Below are positions 25,301-38,213 of a DNA stretch of 64,000 nt, piece by piece. The translations under genes and the position numbers were made by a program. The DNA is from Haplodiscus bocki (Eukaryota): positions 77,314,001-77,378,000 of the forward strand of contig OZ296653.1 of the NCBI GenBank assembly GCA_965655095.1, given 5' to 3'. The notes under the pieces are model-generated. The model saw only the letters and a program-made list of their open reading frames with translations, made no database searches and was not told the origin of the DNA. Positions within the stretch are counted from its first letter, which is position 1; each line of letters opens with the position of its first letter.

Positions 25301-28300
25301 CACAAGACTTTTTTGATGTTTTCATCTCTCGGTTTAACTAAAATGAAATAATAATTGTTATAAATAACGTATTTTTATGTGGCTCCGTAGAAAGAGTTTC
25401 AAAAATAGAAAGTCTTGGTTTTCAGAAAACGGCGGCCGAACTGACTAGATTTTGTCGAGCACAAACAAAAACAGAGTGCATATTGATAAGCGCCACTCCC
25501 TTAAGAACATTTGAAAGTCTTTTATTTTTGATATTTTGATAACAAAAGTCTGCAATAATTGAATATGGATTGGTAACAATTTCCAACAATACTTTGATCA
25601 TGGTTTTGAAAATATCTCAAGCTCCTCATACATGGCTTCTTATCTGTAGGCTCTTACATATTAAAAGTGGATAAGAAATGGTGATATTGACAAGGGCAAA
25701 AGGTATGTTTTGTTTAAACAGAATCTTATATTATGGAGGCGTCCCAATATTGACCGAATTATGATAATTTAATAAATGAAGGCTTAGGAAAAACAATACC
25801 TCCAGATAAGAATGTTGACAGAGAAATATATAAAAACCACATGTTTGCATATTTTTCATTTTCAAATTCGATGGATATATTTTTCAGTTTCAGCCAAAAC
25901 TATAAAAACTCATGTTTTTGGACAAATTGAAATTTTGGTATGCGAGGTTTACTCAAAAATATAAAGCAAGGTTTCCAAATCGTCATATTAAGTCCGAGGT
26001 TCAATTTATGCTTCCTAAAAACGTAGACATGCTTCTTTAACCCTGTCGCAAAAGTAGCATGTAAAAATCAGTTGTAAGGTTAAAAAAATCGGAGCTGCGC
26101 ATCGGTCAAGCTTTCAGATTCGGGTAAACCAAAGAGGTGTCGGAATTTGCAGTCAGCATGGGAGCTGGAGCTAGATCGTTTGGAGTTATCGTCTTTGAAT
26201 AAGGTCAAATTAGGGCAGAAATTTTGTCGAATTTTGTCTCTAGATTCTGTAGTCGGCGCTTTGAAGAAAAAAATAGTGCTCACCTCCTATTACAGTGCAT
26301 TTTGTTTTTCTCACTGCGTAAATTTATGAACTTTTCAAATTGTTCGTGCACCAAAATTTTCAGACAAACAATACTTTCAGGACCAGAATTGCCGGCATGC
26401 CGCAGGATTACCCTGGTCGAAGAAATATGGAGTTTTTACACGTTGCATCTATGCATGAAGGCAAATATTTTGACAAGACATGGAAATTCAAAAAGTATGA
26501 ATCGAAAAATTTCACGGAACATCAATTCAACATAGAAAGTTTTGTAAAAAAACGTATCATGTTCGAGGAAAGTGAGTGATGTTCTTGGCGCAATAATAGA
26601 TTGACCAATTCGTCGAAATGAACTAGCATTGAGGCTTCGTGAGTATATTTATTTTCAATCAATCCGACGCAGACAAACTTTCAACTCACATTATAGGGCA
26701 ATTGGTACAAATTGGAGATACATTTATTACCGAAGAGTAGAATACTCCTTCTTATGCTTGAACAACTGAGTTCATTTTTTTCGTCAATATTTGAACGAAC
26801 TCACCGAAAATTCGGTGAAAACATCTTTTAAAAGTCATATTCTTACATAATGATAGATAATTGCCCCAGATAAAAAGTTTTAAAAACCATGAAGAAAAAA
26901 GTCCGCGAAATGAATAAATTATAAACACAACTCAATTTTTGATTGCTTGTAATAATGAACAACGTGCATAGAAAACTTTCTAAGCTGCACGGAAAATTTT
27001 GTAGAAAAAAAACAAATTAAACTTCCGATTTATTTTTTGAAAAATCAAATTTTGCAAAAATTGACAACAAAAACTTGCAAAAGTTTTGTATGTTGCTTGG
27101 AAAAAGCACAGATTTTTTTCCAAAACGCATCTAAAATTTTCTAAAAACTTTCATCATGCATTCATGCTTTAGTGCCAGCAAAATTTTACATACATTTTCG
27201 AAAGTTTTGTAAGAAGTGCAACATCAAAAATCTTCTAAATCTTCCACGCATCCTCGACTAGTGCACTAATCTAGACCATTTTTATCGAAAAGGGATACAC
27301 CACAGATATTTGAACTAATGAACGTTTTCAAGCAAAGTATGTATAGTACCAAGGAGTCCTTTTTGTACAATATCGGTGCTATGTAACAAAATGTTTACCA
27401 AAAAAACGTGATTATGCCAAATTTTAGACGCTTCCATTATGCCAAAGTCTTTTCAAAACTAAGGGCTCCACATGGAAATTTTTGGCCTCAAAGGTGGCGC
27501 TGACTTCATCGTTCCCTGCCTCTTAGTCCCTTTGAGAACTTGTGTTTCCAGTAGCTCAAGTAGTTTTTCGGGAGGTGCTTTGGGAATCGGTCTGTACTAC
27601 TTATACTGCATTTATTTTGATTCTTTTTGTAGAGTTGTCCTTGGTCATTAGCTGCCCGAATATCCACTATTTTTGCCAGAAGATTTTTGGTTGGAGTAAT
27701 TAACAGGTAAACTCGACTTTACGCGTTTGGCTGTGTTGTTAAAATTTTTGCCGCTTTAGTATTAAAGTATTCGACTTTTGGAATATCTTCGTCTTCATTA
27801 ATCTGTCAAAAATTGATGCATGAATCATGAAGAAAAATATAGGGATTACGGAACTTCTTTTTGGTACAATTATTTATCTAAAAACAAAACACGAAGATAG
27901 AAAATATCAACAGTTCACCCAGCAGAAAATTTAAGCCTTAGGATGACGCCGACTTGAGCCGTTTGTAATGGAAACCTTCGGCAGTCTCCATGTACACAAT
28001 GTTGGATACCGGACCACAGAAAATCCTGCTCTCCTCGAATCATCTGTAAACTTGATGCCTGGATCTCTGCGTTGGTCTCTGGAAGGAGTGGGAAGTAACT
28101 TCCGCGGATTGATTGCATCTCTCAAGACATAGGCTTAACCCGCTTGCTCCTGAATACTTAACGTCGCGATGTAAAATGACTGCTTGCAAGACCCTGATAG
28201 ACGATAAGACTCACTAAGAGGCTGAAAAGGCTTTTCCCAAAGAAAATTCTAGGAATATTACCCATATTAGGGGATAGAGAATGAGTTTTTCGTCTTTTTA

Positions 28301-28557
28301 CCAGGATTTATTTTTCCTGCAGTCTCGTTCTTGATCAAAAAAAGGGCCGCAGTTCCAGCGTTTCCCGCTTTTCTAAGTTCCCATTGCTCATTTGCATGCC
28401 CAGCATGCCAAAAAAAATATAAAAAGTGGGACAAGGAGTTTTTCCTGAAATTTTCCAGCAAGATTTTCCTTGCAGTCCCTTGCCTATTTTTTTCTGAAGA
28501 GGCATAAAAGAAAGCATGAATCGGTTTAAATGTTGATTAGTTGATTTCCGTCAAATT

Positions 28558-30211
28558 TGTCGCAGCACACCTGCGAGGCCTGCGGTCAACGCCTACCAGC
28601 ACAAAAGACACCCTAATGCTCAAAGTAAACTTAGACTTTTAAATTTAAACCAAAACTTTGAATCAGAACTCGCATACATAATCAAAACTCATATACATAT
28701 TTACTGCTACGTATTGCATACGGATCACCCTACTTGTATTATAATACGTATCATATACGGAACGCTTTACTAAATTGATCCAGACTAGGACGGAACCGTT
28801 CCGGAACAAACGACTATTCAGAGAATATTATAAACCTGAAAAGTGCTTTTTTATATTAATTCATCTATTTAGTTATTAGATAAAAATCCACCTTTTCAGT
28901 GCAAAAATTCTGATTGATGGCAACAAGTGCAGTTTGGAGTGTTACGTTTAATTGAATTTGAGCCACAAGTAGCCTGACTTCTTTGGAGTAAATTTGACTC
29001 TCGGAGTGAATATTTGTTCCCTACGTGCTCCGTCGCTACTAGTCTGGTGACGTCATTTTCATTCCTTTTGCTATACCGTGCTCCAGTGATGTGCTGAATA
29101 CGGAGAGACTCCGTATTCTCTCTTCATTCCAGCACAGCCTGCTTAATTCAACTAATACTACTAGTGGCTACGGAACTGTTCCGGACACTACTAGTAACTA
29201 CTCGTCGAAACGAGGTGTAAACTAGTAGTGCTACTAGTTTCCCCTCAATTCTACAAGAATAAAAGACTCATAGACTATTCGACGATGAAATATGCATGAA
29301 GATGATGAAAATTTGTGATTTTATTTTTTATGTTATCATAAAGTCATGCATTTTGTATTTTTATTTTTTTCTCCTGATCAAGGAGATATTTCATATTTTT
29401 CCATTAAGGGAGCATACTTCTTTTAGAGCGTTAAAAATGTCGGCGCGGGAATAAACACTTTGATGTCCATCCATGATGGATTAGGTTCCTCCATTTTCTG
29501 TCGAAAGATGGAAAAGGTGCCTCCTATGAAGGAAGAGACGGCTGTAAATGTTGTTTTTTTTTCCAACCAGAGTCGGCATTTAAACCTTTTGATGCGTTTA
29601 TGATGAAAGTACGTTTCTCTGTTTGAACCTTAACTTGGCGTGAAAACAATTATGTTTCCCGCCAGGAGAAGGTATAAATAGGAGGAACAAAGGTACAAAA
29701 ACACCAGTGTTTTTATTATTTTCGAGTTTTGACGATAACATCCAGTATTGTTGATTTCCTACATTTTATTGTTCGAAATTGTAAAACCCAGAGTGATTTT
29801 CTTTCAGAAAAAAGTCAGTGAACTATATTTGCTGATCATTACTTCTCCCGTAGAAAATGGCAACTCTGAGGAATAAGAGAAGACTTTCAGCACTTAACAA
29901 GGAGAATTGTGAGGAGCATCCTAGGAGTAACTTGGCACAAAACTCAACGTCTTCCAGATCACAGGAAGACAACATCACTCAAATTTTTTACGAATTTGGG
30001 GGTAGAGTAACAAAGAAGTTGTCTCAGGAGTTCAGTAGGACGGAGAACTGCATTTTAGGGACGTTATCCCGTCCTGACGACCGTCTTCTGAACCACTCCG
30101 GAGACGTCCCGGAACACATACGCCACAAACCAGTAAATGAATGAGGACGACTTTGAGAGTGATCCTCATACTGAAGCGAGCAAAACTCTTGCCCAGAAGA
30201 TGGCCACGACA
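28558..30211 (+). mobile_element. Solo LTR copy C (1654 bp, TG...CA) with ORF from 29857
   Basis: Starts TGTCGCAGCACACCTGCGA and ends CACGACA. Flanking 5-mers AAATT/ATATT match 4/5 (candidate TSD). TATA at 29673. ORF MATLRNKRRL... Confidence 0.85.
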
Positions 30212-30229
30212 ATATTCAAAAGATAGAAG

Positions 30230-30663
30230 AAATTCTTTTTTCCAGTGCGTGCGTTTTTTTTCAGATTCAGGGGCCAATTGAACGGTTCTGGCAACTTGAA
30301 CAAGTTGTAATTTTGACTCCTTTAAAGGACCAAATTGCAAAAAATGTGATCTAGAAAGTTTCTGAAAAAGTGAAACATCAAAACGCATTTTTGATCGAAA
30401 TAACGATTTGTTTAGAAAAAAAAACTTGTACGAAAAGTTTTCAAATCGGTAAAAGTCGCCTCTTCTAAGTAGAATGAGTTCAAAAGTTTAATATGTCTAA
30501 TTATCGCTTTTTTAAGTCAAAATTATGGTTTGTTTGAAAAAAATTGAAAATTTCAACTCAGAAAAGCTGTTTTTTTTGCCGTAAAAAAATTTTGATTATC
30601 TGAAAGGCATTTCGAACAAGATTGGAGTGCAGAAAATGTCCCTGTGGTAGTCGGGCGTCTTGT
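30230..30663 (+). mobile_element. Helentron/DINE-like non-autonomous element (5' boundary approximate)
   Basis: Ends GTGGTAGTCGGGCGTCTTGT, like the termini at 7733 and 38697. The subterminal region resembles 38600-38697. Confidence 0.4.
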
Positions 30664-31005
30664 TAAAATGTGTGACGCAAAGAAACAACAAGCAACAAAG
30701 AACATCAAGAAATGTGATAGCGTAACAAGAGAATGCGCTGAGGTCAGGTTACTCTCGTACTTTGTGTGATGTCAATCTTGCGTAAGTCGACTGAGTAAAA
30801 TACAATAACAGCTGCCTCAGTTGCACCGTCAGACTAAATATTTGAACGTGAATCAATTAGCAGGATGCCAAAAATGAAATCAGTTGACACGAGATTTGTT
30901 CATCAAAAGAGCGCTATCATGAAAGTGAATCTGAATGAATTTACATATCGAGATCTGTTAGACGTAGTAGTTACGTATCCACCTTGTGCACACATATGTA
31001 GTCCA

Positions 31006-32585
31006 TGTCAACGATACGTATTAGTTACGTATCGTTCCCTGATATTCAGTTTATGTAAAAAGCACGTATCTGATACGTGTTATTCTGGTGAACTGATCCT
31101 GATTGGGACCGAACAGGTTCGGAGCAAACGGATGTTCATTTACTTCCCTACTGTATTTTTTATATTAATTTTAGGTGCTATTTTATAGAAAGAATCTAAC
31201 TAGTTATTAAAAAAATCCACTTTTTTATTTGGCTTGTGCAGTAAGCAATTTATTTCGGTTGACAGTTTTAACAAGTTTTCAATAGCGATTAACTAGTATT
31301 ACAGAGCTTGACTTTAAAAGTGAATATTTGTTCCGTATGTGTTCCGCCGTAACTAATCTGGTGACGTCGTTAGAATTTCAGCCAATCTTCTGTGCTACTA
31401 TGCTGTTTCACTTTGAACGGACACGGAACGGTTACGTAGCCACCCGATTTATTCCCTTCAGTAGCACTGCGGAGAGTAGTGCTACAAGTGGCTACGTAGT
31501 CACTCCGGAACGCTCCGGCCAAAATGAGGCGTGAGCTGGTGGAAACGTGGAACGGACTCAAAACAAGCCTAGTTTTGTTCACAAAAGTGGATTTATTCAA
31601 TGAAGTATGTAACCACATGTAAACATGAACTTTTCTACCATTTATGTGAACTTTATTTTTTGAATTTAAGTTATTTTCCGATGCATTTTTGTTAATTTCT
31701 TCCTATGGAAAACCTTTTTGATCTCTACTTATGTTATTATTTCTTGTGTCGGCGTTTGAATAACCAGTTTGATGTCCATATCTGACGGATTGGACCCGTG
31801 TTTTGTCTGTCGAGAGATGGAAAAGACGCGGTCCGTGAAGGAAGAAGTGGACGGAGAGGTGTTTATTTCCCGCCAGAGTCGGCATTTTTCCCTTTGTAGA
31901 TAATATGATTAAAGTACTTTTTCTCCATGTGTACCTTGATTTGGCGTGTAAACAATTATCTTTCCCGCCAAGGAAAGGTATAAATAGGAGAAATGAAAGT
32001 ACTATTATAATTATATAAATTGTAGCCTTCGGGTTTTGTGCCTTTTACTAAAATCATTGTTTTTTTTGCATTTATTGAAACCCTTTTTCCCTCATAAAAA
32101 GAGGAGATCATCACTGTTGACTTTAAAAATAAAACTTAAATTCAGTCTTAACTGCGGATAGATCTTTTCCCTCGGTATCGTGGCAACTTTGAGGAATAAG
32201 AGGAAATTAGCGGGGGTTTCGGGAGAAACACCAGAAGTTTCAAGAAGTGGTCAGTCACAGAACACCTTTGATCCAGAAATGGCTCAAGAATACATCTCTC
32301 AGGTTTCTGAGGAGATTGAAGGGAGAGTAACTAAAGAACTTTCAAAAGAATTCAGCCGAACGGAGTCTCGTATTTTGGGTGCTTTGTCTAAACTTGACGA
32401 GTTTCTTCTGAACCCACAAGTTCGGACTTGTTCCGTTACCGTTCCGGGATCATCCAGCAGCACCGACTCAGGAAACCGGGAATTCAATCGGGATCGTTCC
32501 CCAAACGATCCCTGCCCCGAAGCGAAGGTCTCTTCTCATCACTCTGGTAGTCTAAATAACTCAGAGACGGAGGAGTGTCCTCACA
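31006..32585 (+). mobile_element. Solo LTR copy D (5' boundary approximate)
   Basis: Same conserved blocks, TATA at 31979, ends GTGTCCTCACA. Candidate start TGTCAACG followed by an 11-bp hairpin. No clean TSD. Confidence 0.75.
32180..32585 (+). pseudogene. LTR-embedded ORF (putative gag N-terminus), best-preserved copy; GTG in place of ATG
   Basis: 135 uninterrupted codons (xATLRNKRKLAGVSGETPE...QEYISQVSEEIEGRVTKELSKEFSRTESRILGALSKLDEFLLNPQVRT...). Homology stops at the LTR 3' CA, and the computed ORF then reads into unrelated flank to 32692. Confidence 0.7.
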
Positions 32586-35089
32586 GCCATCTCTTTTTCA
32601 ACTCAATTTCTAATTTGACCAAAAATTTCAAACTTTCAAGTCGACAAAGGTTGTACTTACAAGTGCTTCATTCGTTTCCTGATTGGAAATAATCAGTCAA
32701 GACTCGACAAAAAGTAAATTTCTAGCTTATAGCTGTGTTTTTGAGTACTGTTCTCTTCAAACTACTTTCGCTTTTCCAGGTAATTTTGTGATTTTTGTGT
32801 ATTTTTGAAACGAATTACCAGACGGAGAGCTCCTTGACTTGTCTGAATATTAACTTTTACTGGTTCCCTACAACTTATCATAAGATCGTCATTTTCAAAT
32901 TTAATCAAATCCTAGACCAGAAAAAAGCGAAAAACTCGACTTCAAAAAAAAAACGAAACAAAGCTTTCCTCTTAATTTTTGTCCAGAAACAAAGCCTTGT
33001 TCGAAATTCTCTATCATTTGTTTTTTTTTATTTTTTTCGGAGCTTTAGGAAACTTCCTGGAGAGCCTTAAGTTTTGCACCTTAAAGATTCAATTTTGGGA
33101 ACACCAGCCAAACAGTCAAATTGCTCAAATCCCGAATAACATCATAAATTTTCAAATTTTCTCAAGAAAATAGCTCAAAATGTTCCTTAAAAAATGATTT
33201 TCGAGTTTTAAAAAGTACTTACTGAGCTATGAGCCAGCCTCCTCACATCCTTGGACACCTACGTTTTTCTTGAAGTTTTCAGGAACTTTTTTTGTTGCAG
33301 GCTACCACAAAACCCAACATTTTGTCTGAAATTAATTGGAGTTTCACTGCCTTCAAACCCATGTACCATCGTAACCCTTTTCTCTGCGAACTTGAATCTG
33401 GTTAGATCAAGAGAGAAAGACCCCATTTTAAGCATTGCTATATATATTAGGCGATTCAAGTGTTTTTCATTAATTTTTTTACTTGGAAATTTGCTTTACT
33501 AGAAGAGTCACAAAAAATCGTGTTTCTGTGACGTGCCACTTTTCTACCTGGAATTTCCAAACCTTTCGATTTTGTAATGAATGGAAGCTAATTGAAATTT
33601 TTCAATAATTGTTGCTTGCCCGTGTTTACGGAAACTATCACATTGGCACTTCCCCTCTTGTTTACTTTTATGAACAAAGTGTAAATGCGAAAATTCACTC
33701 TGTCAGACTATTGAATTTCTTTTAATTCATTCCAAGCCAAGTCTATTCAAATCGCAAACACTCGAGTGTGAGTTGCTACGATCCGTCGTTAAAACAGCGA
33801 TATACAAATTCAAACCTTGCTTTTGTAACCCTTTAGGTTGAAGGCCTTAAATGCAGATTTATCTTTTTTTCCTCAACACGATTTCAAGAGCATCACACCA
33901 TTCTGTGTATAAACTAGAGTTTTTGGGTAAAAAAGTTTAATTTTGCTAGTTTTGATATATAGGTCTTTATCAGAATTTTTTGGCAGACTTACCTCAGTGA
34001 GTGCATTCCGAGACTCCATTTTGCCTCTTGACAAGTTGTTGGTAAATATCAGGAAAAGCAAGCACAAGAAAATGACTTGGTGACATGCTTTCCTGGTTGA
34101 GTACACCATAATTGAAATTTGGAAAAAAAGAGCGTGAAAAGTTTTAGTAATCACGAGATTTGACAAAATTTCACAATGCGAGGAAAGGGGATTGCCGGCA
34201 GCTGTTTTTAGCTCTTAGACGAGTTGCTACTGCAAAATAGAGGCGAAGATGTCACATCGAATAACACCATCGGCTGCTGATTATAATAAGGTGCCTTCTT
34301 TGAATGCAATTGGTTGAAAAGTAAGATTATAGAGGAACTATTCAAATTTTATTATTCCCCATAAAAAATACCAAAATAATGCTGCTGTAAAAATGAAAAC
34401 GTATCAATAATTCAAGCGATATCAAGCCAATGTTCCAAATATACATAATCACCAGCGCAATTTAAAAAACCTAAAGGCGACATAGCGAACACTATAACGA
34501 GAAATAGATGTAGACAGCAAAAAAACTTTCCTGCACTGTTATCTGAGAATTCTTTTCTTTTGTATCATAACTATTTGTTAAAAAATTTTGTCTAAAGATG
34601 AAAAGGCTTCTGAAACCTTTTGTTGGTGCACAAAAATTCCGTATATCATTTCTTCATTCTTTTTTTACCTCTTTGCAAAAAAATCTCTTCAACTTTTTTT
34701 TAAGACGATTGAAGTTTTCCTAGAGTTACCTTGCTTCAGTGTCCTGGAAAGGCGTGTATATGAAAAGGACTATGTATACTTTGATGGTCAGGTAATATCA
34801 AGCCAACCGGCTATCAAGTACATTTCAGCAACAACGTGCCTCAATGGGGCACCTAAAACATGGAATATTTTACTCCCTTCAACCATTTTTACAACACCCT
34901 GGACAACGACGAGTCTAAAAAAGCTCGCATAAGAATAATTAATTTTATCTTATACATTCACAATTCACGGCGCTGCGTCAAGGGAATTGAGAAACTTTTT
35001 TAATAGTGATTTGGAAGATTAAATGACTTTAATATGCTATGTTACACGTTGAAGGCTCGCTTTTAAGCTCAGTAAGTACAACGTTAGAT

Positions 35090-35470
35090 AAAAACTGGTA
35101 TTCTCAAAACTGATTTTCGGAGGAATATTTTGAATTAATTATTTTTTTGAATTCAGAATTTTATTGGGGCTTTGAGCGAAAAAAATTCAACTGTTGGGCT
35201 GATGATCCCAAAAAAAATTTCGACGTGTCCAGACGGACATTTTCAACAAGAAAACTTTCTTTCGAAGAACTTCGAAAATTTTCGGATTTTGACCAGAAAA
35301 GTTATAGGATAAAGTTCTCAAAACTGAATCCTACATGGCCAGTGGAACACTTAGGGAAAAAACTGCAGGAAAATTAACAATTAATATTTTTTCGGACTTT
35401 GAGCGGTAAATTTTTAGTGAAATTCAGTTGTCAAAAGTGCATTCTACTAGTCCAGAGCAAAATTTTGGAG
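35090..35470 (-). repeat. Degenerate ~120-bp tandem repeat family (reverse of 21360-22330)
   Basis: Recurring CAAAACTG(A/C)AT.CTAC...CCAG cores. Confidence 0.6.
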
Positions 35471-35740
35471 TTTTGTAAAATGAAGATTGTCAACCAATTA
35501 AATGAGAGTATACTAAAAACAGTCCGACCATATTACGAGAGTATTTTTCACTCTCTTTACAGAAGAAGCAAGTCAAAAAACACATAAATCATGCGTACGG
35601 TAAAAAACCACTCCGAATTTTTCCTTGCTCAGTTTAAGTGTGTTTTTAAAAATGACATTTTTAGAAAGAAAGAAAAAAAGGAGTGAAAATTACTCTTGTA
35701 CTTTAATAAGATTCTTTTTTTAATTTTCTCTCAATTTAAT

Positions 35741-35886
35741 TGGTCGACAATCCGCATTTTTCTAACGCTCGCTCGCTTCACTCCGTTCGTCTCACCGATT
35801 CTGCTTCGGACAGTCACTCTTGCTCACTAATGCTCACCTTTGTTCGCTTACAACAACTCGCTTCCTCTCACCACTCAGTTACTACT
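35741..35886. mobile_element. Possible miniature Maverick-terminus derivative
   Basis: Contains CGCTCGCTCGCTTCACTCCGTTCG, similar to 47537-47557, and ends in ACTACT (reverse complement of AGTAGT). Confidence 0.35.
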
Positions 35887-35903
35887 AAAAAGGTGGTTGT
35901 CGG

Positions 35904-37161
35904 TGTCGCAGCATACCTGCGAAGCCTGAGGACAAGATCTGCAGAGGAAAAGAACATTCCCAGACCCTCAAGGGAATTGATGAACTGTAAAAAAACACAA
36001 TAAACTTCATATTTCATGTTTCTCATAATTTTCATGTAACTGATTCGTATCATAGACGGATCACCTTAGTGAACTGATCCAGACCAATACAAAACCGTTA
36101 CGGAACAAAAGGATATTCAGAGATTTTTCCATTCTAAAAGGTGCTATATTTGTGAACGCTTATTTATTTTCTTTGAGCATTTATTTTCCACCTTTTAAGT
36201 GTGGTAAGTTTTATTTACTGTGCTATCAAATTGACGCTGTCAGTTAATTAGAAAACGCTACAGCAGTAAAGCGTGAAAGACTCCAAGAGTGTATATTTTT
36301 TCCGTATGTGTTCCGTCTCTACTAGTCTGGTGACGTCACAATCATCCCTATCAATATACTGCGCTGCAGTGCTGTGGTGAAGACGGAGTAATTCCGGAAT
36401 CACTCCTCAGTTGAGCGCAGCCTGCCTCTTTCTACAGAAAATTTTAGTGAATACGGAATTATCCGGAAACCACTAGTCGCTACTCGTCTAAACGAGGAGT
36501 AAATTAGTATTGCTACTATTTTCTCCTCATTTCTGAAGACAAATACTACTGAGTGAATGAAAGATGAAACGTGCTTGAGATACTAGGATTGATTTACTTT
36601 CACTATCAATTGTAGTTTTTATATAGTTGCAACTGTAATTCTATAAATCATTTCATTTTCCCAATTAAGGAAATGTTTAACTTTCCAATTATGAAATATA
36701 CACTATTTAGCTTGCAAACAAAATGCCGGCGCGGGAACAAACACTTTGATGTCCATCTCTGACAGATTAGGGTCGTCCATTTTCTGTCGAAAGATGGATA
36801 GGACGCGTCCTATGAGGGAAGAGATGGATAGAACGGTCGTTTATTTCCCGCCAGAGTCGGCATTCCATTTTTATTCATTGGTAATGCAAGTACGTTTCCC
36901 TATTTGTACCTTAACTTGGCGTCTAAACAAATATGTTTCCCGCCGAGAAAGAAGTATAAGTAGTTGAAATGAAAGTACATTAAGACAACTGTTGTTCATT
37001 ATTTCTGAAAGTACTGACGATAATAACCATTGTAATTTCGTTTTCCTACATTAAAGATTGTAACTAAAAAAACAATTTGATTTCTTTCATAAAAAAGACA
37101 ATTCTATATTAATCGCTCTTCATTACTTTTACCGTAGAAAATGGCAACTTTGGGAACTAAG
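35904..37161 (+). mobile_element. Solo LTR copy E, 3'-truncated just after the ORF start (37141)
   Basis: Starts TGTCGCAGCATACCTGCGA, has all conserved promoter blocks, and ends after ATGGCAACTTTGGGAACTAAG. Confidence 0.8.
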
Positions 37162-37189
37162 TGGAATAACCTAAGAATATCTTTTTGTT

Positions 37190-37540
37190 GTGATCACATG
37201 GGATAATTTGGATTTTCTTTGTTAGAGACGATGTCTAAATCGAGAAGTACGTTGTTTTTGAAGGCATTCTTTTTATTGGTTCTGAGATGGGTATCGCTAT
37301 CAAAATCAGTTGTGGGAGCGTCGACATATCCCCTTTGATCAACATAGAGTTTCCTTGCTGCATCATAATCGCTTACGGGTTTCACTTTTTTAAAACTTGA
37401 AATTCGTTTTACATGCCAACATCTTCCTCCAAATTTGACTCAAGATAAATAACCTTTACTGGGATATTCTTAACAAATGGTCTTTCACTCCTATTTAGAG
37501 TGTCAGATGGACCACTGAAGACGTCAACAGGCAATTATCT
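37190..37540 (-). pseudogene. Decayed Maverick/Polinton-associated gene with K.YVD fibre-like repeats
   Basis: 'PVDVFSG...YLESNLEEDVGM*NEFQV...PVSDYDAARKLYVD...LRTNKKNAFKNNVLLDLD'. The P....DAA.K.YVD pattern is typical of viral fibre-type repeats. Confidence 0.4.
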
Positions 37541-38213
37541 ACCCGAAATACCTACTTAAGCTATTGTAGCAAACTAGCATCATAAAAGTTCAGTTCAAGA
37601 TCAACAAGTCAGTATAAAAATCTAGGCAAAGCAACAATTTCCACAGAGTAATATAGGACAGTCCTGAATCTGTTTGTTGTGCCAAAAACGTTTTGGTGAA
37701 TGTTTCCAAACAAAGGCGCCAGGCTGACTAGCGGAAGACGTTTATTCAGAAAATTTCAATTGTGAATGTAAAAAGATGTTAGATGCGTTCCACAACCCTC
37801 TCGCTTGTCATTATTTACAACTCTTTCAGTATTTTAAGGCTCAGCATAAGAATATCTGGGGAAAAATTTGTGTTGAAGGCATACATTTATTCCAATCACC
37901 CTCGGATTTCCTACACCGATTCTTTTTTTAAACTTTGTTACAGCATGAAATTGTGTGAAGTTAGCCTTCTCTTTTCAATTTTCTTCAACTTTTACTTTCT
38001 GGTACTTTTCCTAACACAGGAAACTTTTTTAATTACTTAACGTCGAATTAATATCATTATACATTAAGCATTCGCACAAACTTTGCTCCATGTTCGTCAA
38101 ACAATCATTTTCTTAAAAATTTATACGTACTAAATTTGAAATATGAAATCCGAAACTTGAATAGGACAAGTAGTTTTCATATTTATGATTTTATTGGGCC
38201 ATATTCTTTAGAT

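Noticed and set aside
27915-28130. GC-richer patch with 'EPFVMETFGSL' (RLE-like) and 'CTQCWIPDH' (knuckle-like) in different frames
   Set aside because: The readings are mutually inconsistent and too short to assign.
30669-30810. Short TG...CA segment as a separate small solo LTR
   Set aside because: No TSD and no second copy in the window.
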